64,000 nt of DNA from an uncultured Chloroflexia bacterium (GTDB lineage Bacteria; Chloroflexota; Limnocylindria; Limnocylindrales; CSP1-4). The stretch lies in the NCBI GenBank assembly GCA_963828165.1, contig CAWHDR010000005.1:96001-160000 (forward strand). The letters are read 5' to 3'. The position numbers and the translations under genes were made by a program. Of this stretch, positions 48,209-59,307 are shown piece by piece (within the stretch, counting starts at the first letter, position 1; each line of letters starts with the position of its first letter). Under the pieces are notes generated by a model. It did not search any database. It was given only the letters and a program-made list of their open reading frames with translations, and was not told the DNA's origin.

Positions 48209-49492
48209 TTAGCCCTCCGGTGGAGCCGCGAATGCGCGGTACAGGAATGCGGCCATCTGGCCGCGGGTGACACGTTCCTTGGGGCAGTACAGGTCCGGGC
48301 CGCAACCGCCCGTGATGCCGGCTTCGAACAGGCTGTCGATGTCGCGCTCATGCGTCGATCCGTTGTCGTCCCTGAAATGGTTGGGGTTCACCGCCGGTGG
48401 CAGGTCGAGCGTCCTCACGAGAAAGCTCGCCATCTGGCCGCGGGTGACCGTGTCATGCGGGCAGTAGCGGCGGACGCCGCAGCCACCGGTGATGTGCGCA
48501 GCGGCCAGCCGATTGATCGCCGCCTCGCCGGTGGCGCCATCGTCGTCGTCGAAGAAATCCTCGTCGGTCGGCGGCAGGTCCGTCGCGCGGTCGATGAACA
48601 TCGCCATCTGGGCGCGGGTCACGGCATTGCCGTAGCAGTACATGTCCACGAAGCAGCCGGTGGTGATCCCGTTCGCGAACGCCCACGCGATGTGGGTTTC
48701 GAACGTCGTGCCCTTCCAATCGTTGATGCAACCGGTCCCGCGACTGACCACGGATACCGATGTGCCGCTCGAGCCGAACCGCACCTTCGTCCAGCCGCAC
48801 CGCCCCGTCTCGTCCTCCTCGAGGAACCAGTCGTTCGGGTCGGACATCGCGCGGACCGTGTACGTCCCGCCCGGCAGTCCGGTGATGTCGATCCACTGGT
48901 GCGGGAGGCTCCAGCGGTACGTATCCGCCCAGCCGACCGAGATCCCGGTCCGCGACGTCAGGGCCGTCCGGCCACCACACCACGATTCGCGGTAATGCGG
49001 ACTCCCCGGCGAGCGAGGCAGGCTGGGCGACCACAACGTCGTATCGAAGAAGCAGAACCCGACCTTGCGGTCGGTCCTGGTGCCGTGACCGGACCACAGG
49101 TGGTACGCCATCATGCTCTTGACGTGCCAGTGGTTGTGGCCGTCGCCCCCGTACATCAGCGTGGCCTCGGTGTCCATCCGCCGTTCTCCGCCGGACGTGT
49201 TGTCGATGACCTGCCGTACACGCCAGGGAGACGAGCTACTGGTGCGCTGCGCCAGGATCTCGATGGGGCCGGCGCCCTTGTTGATGAGGATGCCCGTGAA
49301 CCGCAGGAGTCGCCGGCCGTTGCTGTTGACGATCCGGAACTGGGACGGGCTGGCCGCGCTCAGGTCGGGGAGTCGGTCGGCCGCCGCCGCGGCCTCAGGC
49401 GTCGCCCACGTTGGCACCAGGGCGATGAGGGCAAGGGTTGCGGCGAACAGGAGGCGTCGGACGGACCCCCGGCCCGTTTGGCGCTTCGTCAC
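48209..49492 (-). CDS. Secreted lysyl oxidase family protein with three SLH repeats
   Basis: Signal peptide; LPDL, LLRF, HNHWH, KVGFCFFD, GISVGWADTY, QWIDITG; SLH repeats. Confidence 0.88.
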   Translation of the reverse strand: MTKRQTGRGSVRRLLFAATLALIALVPTWATPEAAAAADRLPDLSAASPSQFRIVNSNGRRLLRFTGILINKGAGPIEILAQRTSSSSPWRVRQVIDNTSGGERRMDTEATLMYGGDGHNHWHVKSMMAYHLWSGHGTRTDRKVGFCFFDTTLWSPSLPRSPGSPHYRESWCGGRTALTSRTGISVGWADTYRWSLPHQWIDITGLPGGTYTVRAMSDPNDWFLEEDETGRCGWTKVRFGSSGTSVSVVSRGTGCINDWKGTTFETHIAWAFANGITTGCFVDMYCYGNAVTRAQMAMFIDRATDLPPTDEDFFDDDDGATGEAAINRLAAAHITGGCGVRRYCPHDTVTRGQMASFLVRTLDLPPAVNPNHFRDDNGSTHERDIDSLFEAGITGGCGPDLYCPKERVTRGQMAAFLYRAFAAPPEG

Positions 49493-49573
49493 CTCGCCAC
49501 CCTACACGGTCGGGCAACCCCCGCGCTGGCCGGTCCATCCCCGTAGATGGCGTACCCGGCCGGACGTGCCAGG

Positions 49574-51511
<1,938 letters not shown>

Positions 51512-51585
51512 GGTGGGGCGGGACTCCGGGTGCTGGTGGGGACGGCCGATTGTCCCACGGAACGCCTGCTAGCATCGAGGGCCTC

Positions 51586-52317
51586 ATGACCGTTGCCGCC
51601 GTGATCCTGTCCGCCACCGCGCCAGGCGCCGTCGCAGACACGCTGGGCCAACCGCGCGTCCGGCGGCTCGTGGACATCGCCTGGTCGGGCGGCGCGTTGC
51701 CGGTGGTCGTGGTCTCGCCGGACGACGACGGCGCGGTCGCGGCGGCGCTCGTCGGGAGTGAGGCAGTGTTCGGGGCTCCAGCCGCGGCGGAGGCTGGTCC
51801 CGCCGGTCAGATGGTCCGCGGCGTGGAACTCGCCCTGGCCGAGGTCCGCGAGACGAGTGCGGTCCTGGTGTGGCCGGCACGGATGACCTGGGTCGGACCC
51901 GAGACCGTGACCTCGCTCATCGAGGCGCACGGCACGGACACCGCCACGATCCTGCGACCGGCCTGGGACGGGACCCCGGGCTGGCCGGTGCTCGTCCCGA
52001 TCGAGAACCTGCTTGCCCTGCGCGGCGTGGCGGCGAACCGGATGCCGGCGGATGTGATCGACGAACTCGCTGCCGCCGCACCGTCACGGATCGTCGAGGT
52101 GGGCGACCCGGGGGTCGTCCACGACGCCGAGACTCCGTTCGCCGACCTGCCGCCGTACGACGGCCCGCCCGACCCGCCCGCCGGCCACACCCATGAATGG
52201 GGCGACGGCGTGGACGGCGTCGAAGGGGACGGCGTCGACGAGGGCGTGCCCGGGGAGGGCCGCGGCCTCGCGCCGTTCCCGCAAGCGGCCGACGACGCGG
52301 CGGTCGACGCGGACTGA
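51586..52317 (+). CDS. Degenerate MocA/MobA-like NTP-transferase domain protein
   Basis: VAAVIL start, G.PVL, DPGVVHDAETP; lacks the AGxSxR..K motif. Confidence 0.7.
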   Translation: MTVAAVILSATAPGAVADTLGQPRVRRLVDIAWSGGALPVVVVSPDDDGAVAAALVGSEAVFGAPAAAEAGPAGQMVRGVELALAEVRETSAVLVWPARMTWVGPETVTSLIEAHGTDTATILRPAWDGTPGWPVLVPIENLLALRGVAANRMPADVIDELAAAAPSRIVEVGDPGVVHDAETPFADLPPYDGPPDPPAGHTHEWGDGVDGVEGDGVDEGVPGEGRGLAPFPQAADDAAVDAD

Positions 52318-52460
52318 AGCCGGCGCGCTACCAGGAGCAGGACGACGGCGGCGAGGAGCACCCAGAAGACCACGAGACCCGGAATGGCGCCCGGGACGAG
52401 CACCGGCTCAGCACCCGGGTCCGACGACGGGTCCGCCGGCGGTTCGCTCACGCGCGGCGA

Positions 52461-53360
52461 TCACTCGATGGCCCGCACGGTCTCGTCGCGGCTGCGAAGC
52501 CCGTCCCGCAACCGCGCGAGCGGGATCGTCGCGACCGCGATCCCGCCGATGACCAGCGCCACTCCGGCCAGCTGCGCCGCCGACGGACGCTCGTCGAGGA
52601 GCACGACGCTCAGCAGCACGGTAAGCGGGGGCTGCACGAGCAGGATGATCGACGTGACGACCGCCGGTAGGCGCGGCAGCGCCAGCGAGATGCACAGGTA
52701 GCCGATCGACTGCGACGTCACCCCGAGCAGCGCGAGCCAGGCGAGGCTGGGCAGACCCGGCGTCAGGTCGAGGTCACCGATGAACAGCCCCGCCGTGCCC
52801 GACACCAGCGCCGTGCCGATGGTGGCGATCGCGACCGGTCCGGCCGGCCGCCGTGGGTCCCGTCCGCCCATCCGGATCAACAGGAGGTACCCGGAGTAGC
52901 ACAGCGCGGTCGCGAGCCCGAGCACGACCCCGAGGGCCGGGTTCGCGCCGTACGCTCCCGCGCCGACGACGCCGGAGATCAGCACGACGCCGGCGAGCAC
53001 GACCGGGACGGCGATCAGCGTCGCCCGCGACGGCCGCTCCCCGAAGACGAGCCACGCGACGACGCCCACCACGAGGACCTGGAGATTGCCCAGCACCGTC
53101 GCCAGACCGGCCCCGACGTACTCGATGGCGTGATGCCAGAACATCAGGTCGCCGGCGAAGAAGATGCCGGCGATGACCGCGAAGCGACGCGCCCGACCCG
53201 GCAGCGGCCCGTAGCGCCGATGTTCTGCCCAGGCCACGACCAGGAGCAGCGGCAGACCGAAGACCGCCCGATAGAACGTCCCGGTCGAAGGCGACACGTC
53301 CGCGTAGCGGTAGAAGATCCCCGAGAACGAGATGCACAGCGCCCCGATCAGGGCCGCCAT
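52461..53360 (-). CDS. DMT/EamA family transporter (start may be slightly upstream)
   Basis: About 10 hydrophobic segments with duplicated (G/D)ERPS motifs. Confidence 0.9.
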   Translation of the reverse strand: MAALIGALCISFSGIFYRYADVSPSTGTFYRAVFGLPLLLVVAWAEHRRYGPLPGRARRFAVIAGIFFAGDLMFWHHAIEYVGAGLATVLGNLQVLVVGVVAWLVFGERPSRATLIAVPVVLAGVVLISGVVGAGAYGANPALGVVLGLATALCYSGYLLLIRMGGRDPRRPAGPVAIATIGTALVSGTAGLFIGDLDLTPGLPSLAWLALLGVTSQSIGYLCISLALPRLPAVVTSIILLVQPPLTVLLSVVLLDERPSAAQLAGVALVIGGIAVATIPLARLRDGLRSRDETVRAIE

Positions 53361-53460
53361 GCGCGGCCGGCGCGCGATCGCGTCGAGCGCCGGGATCCCG
53401 AGGTCGGCGACGGAGCCCGCGGTCAGCCGTCGACCTCGCCCGAACCGTCGCGCCCCACGC

Positions 53461-55326
53461 TCAGCCTTCCGCGGCCGTCTTTGGCGGCAGGCCCACGAAG
53501 CGCAGGCCGAGCTCCTCGAGCTGCTCCGGCTCGGGTGCCGAGGGTGCCTCGAGCATCGGGTCGCTGCCGGATTGGGTCTTGGGAAACGCCATGACCTCGC
53601 GGATGTTCGTCTGACCCGACAGGAGGGCCGCCCAGCGATCGATCCCGAGGGCGATGCCACCGTGCGGCGGCGCGCCGAACTCGAACGCGTCCAGGACCGC
53701 ACCGAACTTGTCGCGCATCCCGTCGAGCGACTGGCCCTGCAGCAGGAAGCTGCGTTCCAGCAGGTCTCGCCGGTGGATCCGCACCGACCCGCCGCCGAGC
53801 TCCCAACCGTTCAGCACCAGGTCGTACTGCAGCGCCCGGGCCCGGCCGGCCGGATCCTCGGGTGATGGCCTCGCCGGGTCCCCGGACGCCGTCACGAGCA
53901 GCTCCTCGTCCTCGGGGACCACGCCGCTGAACGGGTTGTGGGTCGCGTCCCAGCGACCGAGCTCCTCGTCCCACTTGTACATCGGGAAGCGGTTGACCCA
54001 GGCGTAGGCAAGGACGTTCGGGTCTGCGAGCGCCAGGCGCTCGCCCAGCTCCATGCGGAGGCGACCCAGCACGTCGGCGGTGACGGCGGCGTCGTCGGCG
54101 ACGATCAGGATGAGGTCGCCCTCCCCCGCCCCGCTCAGCTCGATGATCGCGCGTTGGGCCTCGTCGGACAGGAACTTGGCGATCGGGCTCTTGATCTCGC
54201 CGCCGGGCTCCATCGCCAGGTACGCGAGGCCCTTGGCCCCGAACCGCCGGGCGCGCTCGGTCAGCTCGTCGATCTCGCGGCGGGTGATGCCGGCCATGCC
54301 CGGGGCGACGATCGCCTTGACGCGGCCGCCTGCCGCCAGCGCCTCATCGAACACGTTGAACCCGGAAGCTGGCGTCAACGCCGGCGCGAGATCCACGAGC
54401 TCCATCCCGAACCGCACGTCCGGCTTGTCACTGCCGAACCGTTCCATGACCTCGTCGAACGTGAAGCGCGGGAACGGGACCTGCTGGAGCGGGCGCTCGG
54501 GCGTGGTCGCGTTCGAGACCGTGATGGCCATCCCCTCGATGAAGACCATCACGGTCTCTTCGTCGACGAAGCTCATCTCCAGGTCGAGCTGGGTGAATTC
54601 CGGTTGCCGGTCGCCGCGCAGGTCCTCGTCGCGATAACAGCGGGCGATCTGGAAATAGCGGTCGATGCCGGCGACCATCAGCAGCTGCTTGAGCTGCTGG
54701 GGGCTCTGCGGGAGCGCATACACGCTGCCCGGCTGGAGCCGGCTCGGCACGATGAAGTCGCGCGCGCCTTCGGGCGTGCTCTTGATGAGGGTCGGCGTCT
54801 CGACCTCCACGAAGCCGTTGGCGTGGTGGACCTCGCGGATCGCCTGGACCATCCGGCTGCGCAGGAGCAGGCGATCGGCCATGGGCTGGCGGCGGATATC
54901 GAGGTAGCGGTACTTCAGCCGCAGGCCCTCGTCGACCGGGGCGTCGGGCTCGTTGATGTAGAACGGCGTGGTCTTCGCCTCGGACAGGATCTCGAACTCG
55001 GTCGTCTGGAGCTCGATCTCGCCCGTGGGCAGCCGTGGGTTCTCCGTGCCCGGCTGTCGCTTCGCGACGGCGCCGCGGACGGCGACGACGAACTCGCTCC
55101 GGACCCGGCTCGCCGTCGCATGGGCGTCGGGCGCGTCGGCCTTGTCGACGACGACCTGGGTGATCCCGTGGCGGTCGCGCAGGTCCAGGAAGATGAGCTG
55201 GCCATGGTCGCGGCGGCGATGGACCCAGCCCGCGAGGCGTGCCTCGGTCCCCGCGTCGGCGGCGCGCAGCTGACCGGCGGTATGGGTGCGGTAGGGCGTG
55301 GCGAGGCTCGGGTTCGGGTCAGTCAT
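53461..55326 (-). CDS. aspS: Aspartate--tRNA ligase (probably non-discriminating)
   Basis: RRDHG, ALPQSPQ, DRQPEFTQLD, GAPPHGG. Confidence 0.97.
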   Translation of the reverse strand: MTDPNPSLATPYRTHTAGQLRAADAGTEARLAGWVHRRRDHGQLIFLDLRDRHGITQVVVDKADAPDAHATASRVRSEFVVAVRGAVAKRQPGTENPRLPTGEIELQTTEFEILSEAKTTPFYINEPDAPVDEGLRLKYRYLDIRRQPMADRLLLRSRMVQAIREVHHANGFVEVETPTLIKSTPEGARDFIVPSRLQPGSVYALPQSPQQLKQLLMVAGIDRYFQIARCYRDEDLRGDRQPEFTQLDLEMSFVDEETVMVFIEGMAITVSNATTPERPLQQVPFPRFTFDEVMERFGSDKPDVRFGMELVDLAPALTPASGFNVFDEALAAGGRVKAIVAPGMAGITRREIDELTERARRFGAKGLAYLAMEPGGEIKSPIAKFLSDEAQRAIIELSGAGEGDLILIVADDAAVTADVLGRLRMELGERLALADPNVLAYAWVNRFPMYKWDEELGRWDATHNPFSGVVPEDEELLVTASGDPARPSPEDPAGRARALQYDLVLNGWELGGGSVRIHRRDLLERSFLLQGQSLDGMRDKFGAVLDAFEFGAPPHGGIALGIDRWAALLSGQTNIREVMAFPKTQSGSDPMLEAPSAPEPEQLEELGLRFVGLPPKTAAEG

Positions 55327-55468
55327 GGCCGCGCCATCGTAGCGGCTGGGCCGCCACGGGACCGTGACCTTGCAAGGCGGCCGTCACCCGGCGACGTCGG
55401 GCGCGAGCGCCTTGCATCGCCCGTGCCGCCACCATCGGCGGAACGCCACACCTGAATGGAGGTCCTTC

Positions 55469-55552
55469 GTGGGCAAGTTCCTGCTCGGCTTCGTCGTCGC
55501 GATCATCGTCGTGCTGTTCATCGTCGCTAGGTGCGTCGGCGCGATCGTCTAG
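55469..55552 (+). CDS. 27-aa hydrophobic small protein
   Basis: TGGAGG SD 6 nt before GTG; MGKFLLGFVVAIIVVLFIVARCVGAIV. Confidence 0.6.
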   Translation: MGKFLLGFVVAIIVVLFIVARCVGAIV

Positions 55553-55569
55553 CGCGCGGTGCGTCGCCG

Positions 55570-56865
55570 TCAGCGCTCGCTGCCGTGGCGATGCGCGTCG
55601 TGCGCCCGGGCGATCTCCCGCCCGACGTCGACGACGCGGATCGCCTTCTGGGTGCCGGCCGGCAGGTCCCGCAACTGGACGTCCCCGTGAGCCAGCTCGT
55701 CGCCGACGATCACCGCGAAGTGGGCGTGCTCCTTGGCCGCCGACTCCAGCTGCTTGCCGAGCTTGCGACGCCCGAGTTCCGCGCGGGCGGTCACCCCAGC
55801 CGCGCGCAGGTCCGTTGCGATGCGCAGCCGCGTGACGGTGTCGTCCGGATCGGCACCCACCACGACCACGGTGGGCGCCGCGTCCGCCGCGATGTCCGCG
55901 GCCTGTTCCGCGAGCGCCAGGAGCAGACGGTCCAGCCCGATCCCGAAGCCGATCCCAGGCGTCGGGCGCCCGCCGAGCAGTTCCACCAAGCCATCGTACC
56001 GGCCGCCACCACCGAGGGCCTGTTGCTGTCCTTCACGGCCTGAGACGTAGAACTCGAACGCGGTCCGCGTGTAGTAGTCCAGGCCGCGGACCAGGCCCGG
56101 CTCCACCCGATACGGCACGCCAAGGGCGTCCAGATGAGCCCGGACGCTCGCGAAATGGTCGGCACATGCGTCGCACAGGCGGTCCGTGATCTTGGGCGCG
56201 CCGGAGTTGAGGGCCGCCATGGCCGGGTCTTTCGAGTCGAGCAGGCGCAGGACGTTGCGCTCCAGCCGGTCGCGCTCGATCGGTGGCAGCTCCGCGGCGT
56301 GCGCCCGGTAGTAGTCGGTCAACGCGGTCACATAGGCCGGGCGGCAGGACGCGTCGCCGATCGAGTTGACGAGGACCTCGACGCCGGTCACACCGGCGTC
56401 GGCGTAGAACCTCGTCCCCAGCTCGATGACCTCGGCGTCGACCGCCGGTCCAGGATCGCCGATCGCTTCGACGTCGAACTGCCAGAACTGCCGATAGCGG
56501 CCGGCCTGCGGACGGTCGTAGCGGAACATCGGGCCGATCTCGTACAGCTTCACGGGCTGCGGCCACGTCTGGAGCCCGTGCTGGACGTAGGCGCGCACGA
56601 TCCCGGCCGTCGGCTCGGGGCGGAGCGACCATGATTCGGCCTCGTCGGAACGGGGCGCGATCCGGAACAGCTCCTTTTCGACGATGTCCGTGACTTCGCC
56701 GACGCCTCGCTCGAAGACCGCCGCCTGCTCGAACATCGGCGTCTCGATGCGGCCGTAGCCGTAGCGGGCCGCCAGGTCTGCGGCGAGCCGCTCCAGGCGG
56801 GTCCAGGCCGCGGTCTCGGGTGGCAGGAGGTCGCGCGTGCCCCGTGGGGCCTTGAACGTCTGCAT
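55570..56865 (-). CDS. hisS: Histidine--tRNA ligase
   Basis: LRPEPTA, FRYDRPQAGRYRQF, VRGLDYY, GGGRYDGL. Confidence 0.98.
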   Translation of the reverse strand: MQTFKAPRGTRDLLPPETAAWTRLERLAADLAARYGYGRIETPMFEQAAVFERGVGEVTDIVEKELFRIAPRSDEAESWSLRPEPTAGIVRAYVQHGLQTWPQPVKLYEIGPMFRYDRPQAGRYRQFWQFDVEAIGDPGPAVDAEVIELGTRFYADAGVTGVEVLVNSIGDASCRPAYVTALTDYYRAHAAELPPIERDRLERNVLRLLDSKDPAMAALNSGAPKITDRLCDACADHFASVRAHLDALGVPYRVEPGLVRGLDYYTRTAFEFYVSGREGQQQALGGGGRYDGLVELLGGRPTPGIGFGIGLDRLLLALAEQAADIAADAAPTVVVVGADPDDTVTRLRIATDLRAAGVTARAELGRRKLGKQLESAAKEHAHFAVIVGDELAHGDVQLRDLPAGTQKAIRVVDVGREIARAHDAHRHGSER

Positions 56866-56907
56866 CGATGCGGAGTCTAGGCCGTCAGGCCCGTGACGAC
56901 GGGGACG

Positions 56908-59251
56908 TCAACCCAGGTCGCGCTGGACGTTGATGACGTCCTTGAGGTTCTCGATGCGGCCCATGACCCGGGCCAGCTGCGACACCGAGTGGACCTGGAG
57001 CGTGGCCGTCACCACGGCCGTGTGATCCGGCGTCACCCCCACGGACGCGGCCACGATGTTGACCTTGTTCTCCGCCACGACCTGGGTGATGTCGCTGAGC
57101 AGTCCGGTCCGGTCGTAGGCCTCCACCCGGATCGCGATCGGGTAGGTCTGCGTGGCCTCGGCCTCCCACTCGACGTCGATCAGCCGGCTGACCTCTCGTT
57201 CGTTCACGACCGTCGGACAGGACTGGAGGTGGACCGTCACGCCCTTGCCCCGGGTGATGAAGCCCACGATCGGGTCCCCGGGAATCGGCGAACAACACTT
57301 GGCGAACCGGACGAGCAGGTCGCCGACGCCCTTGACCCGCACGCCGCCGGTGCCGGGTCTGCTGGGGCGGTGCGACGGTCGGGAGCTGGCTCTGGCCATC
57401 GTCGACCACGCCGAGGCGCATGACCACCGTCTGCGGCCCCACCGCGCCGTACCCGATCGCCGCGTAGAAATCGTCCGCCGTCTCGTAGTTGAACTGCCGA
57501 CCGACCTCGGCGATCTTGTCCTGTCCGACGGCCCCGACCGATGTCCTGGCGAGGCGCCGGAGCTCGCGCTCGAGCGACTCCTTGCCGTGGCTGATGTTCT
57601 CGTCGCGGTCCTTGCGCTTGAACCACTGCCGGATCTTTTCGCGGGCGTGACTCGTGCGCACCACGTTCAGCCAGTCGCGCGACGGACCGTGCTCGCCCTT
57701 CGTGGTGACGATCTCGACGATGTCGCCGTTCTTGAGTCGGTAGTCGAGCGGAACGAGCCGGTTGTTCACCTTCGCGCCGATCGTGCGGTGACCGACGTCG
57801 GTGTGGATGCGGTAGGCGAAGTCGAGCGGGGTCGCGCCGGCCGGCAGGTCCTTGATGTCGCCCTTGGGCGTGAACACGAAGACCTGGTCCTGGAAGATAT
57901 CGAGCTTGATGCCCTCGACGAACTCGGTCGCGTCCGACTCCGAGACATCGCGCTGCCAGTCCATGAGCTGGCGAAGCCAGGCGAGCTTGGCGTCGTACTC
58001 GCGGTCGGACTTGGTGCCTTCCTTGTAGCGCCAGTGGGCCGCGATCCCGACCTCGGACACCTGGTGCATCTGGTGGGTCCGGATCTGGATCTCGAGCGGC
58101 TTGCCGTCGATGGCGATGACCGCGGTGTGGAGCGACTGGTAGAGATTGTTCTTGGGGACGGCGATGTAGTCGTCGAACTGGCCCGGGATCGGTCGCCAGA
58201 TGCTGTGGACGATGCCGAGCGCCGCATAACACTCGCGCACGTCCTCGACGAGCAGGCGGATGGCGTAGACGTCGTAGATCTCGCCGAACTCCGCGCTCTT
58301 GCGCTGCATCTTCTTCCAGATGCTGTAGATGTGCTTGGGTCGCCCTTCGACGTCGGCTTCGATGCCGGCGGCCTCGAGCTGCGGCTTGAGCTCGGCGATC
58401 GCCCGGTCGATGTACGTCTCGCGACCCTTGCGCCGCGTGTCGAGGAGCTTGGCCAGCTCCCGGAACCGCTCCGGCTCGAGTGCCTTGAACGCGAGGTCCT
58501 CGAGCTCCCACTTGATCTGCCAGATGCCGAGGCGCTCCGCGAGCGGCGCGTAGATCTCCATGGTCTGGCGCGCGATGCGCTGCTGCTTGTCCGACGGCAG
58601 GCCGTACAGCGTGCGCATGTTGTGGAGGCGGTCGGCGAGCTTGATCAGGACGACCCGGATGTCCTGGGCCATGGCCAGGAGCATCTTTCGGATGTTCTCG
58701 GCCTGCTGCTGCTCGTGGCTGTGGGTGCTGAACCGGGACAGCTTGGTGACGCCGTCGACGAGCTGGGCGACCTCGCCGCCGAAGCGTTCCTCGATGTCGG
58801 TCAGGCTGTACTCGGTGTCCTCGGGGACGTCGTGCAGGAGCGCGGCCTGGACCGCGATCGGGTCGATGCCGAGCTCCGCCACGATCTGGGCCGAGGCGAT
58901 CGGGTGCGTGACATAGGTCTCGCCGGTCGCACGATGCTGGCTGACGTGGGCCTCGACGGCCAGGTCGAAGGCGGCATCGACAGCCGCGAGGTCCGCGGTC
59001 GGGTGGTGTGCGGCGATCGACGCCTTGAGCGCGGTGCGCAGGGCTTCGAGGTCGACTTCGCCGCCGGCAGTCGCGCGCGACAGGACCTGTGCCCGCCGCG
59101 GCCCGCGACGCTTCGCCGACTTCGCCCGAGCCGGCTTCTCGACGACCGCGGCGGCGGGCTTGTCCACGACCACCGGGGCAGGCTTCACCGGCACCTTCTC
59201 GGCGGCGGTCGGTTTCCGGGTGGTCTTGGAGCGGGGTGAGGTGGCGGCCAT
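56908..59251 (-). CDS. rel: Bifunctional (p)ppGpp synthetase/hydrolase Rel, +1 frameshift near 57355-57368
   Basis: HDVPED, KLADRLHNMRT, YQSLHT, TGS domain; ZFD (KCCSPIPGD) and ACT domains in a second frame. Confidence 0.95.
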
Positions 59252-59307
59252 GGCCCGAAAAGGATAGCAGCGGACCCTTCGTGCTCAGGGTCGCCGGTCG
59301 TCCCGGG

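Noticed and set aside
46490-48720. DNA similarity between the 3' ends of the two secreted genes
   Set aside because: Explained by paralogous SLH repeats.
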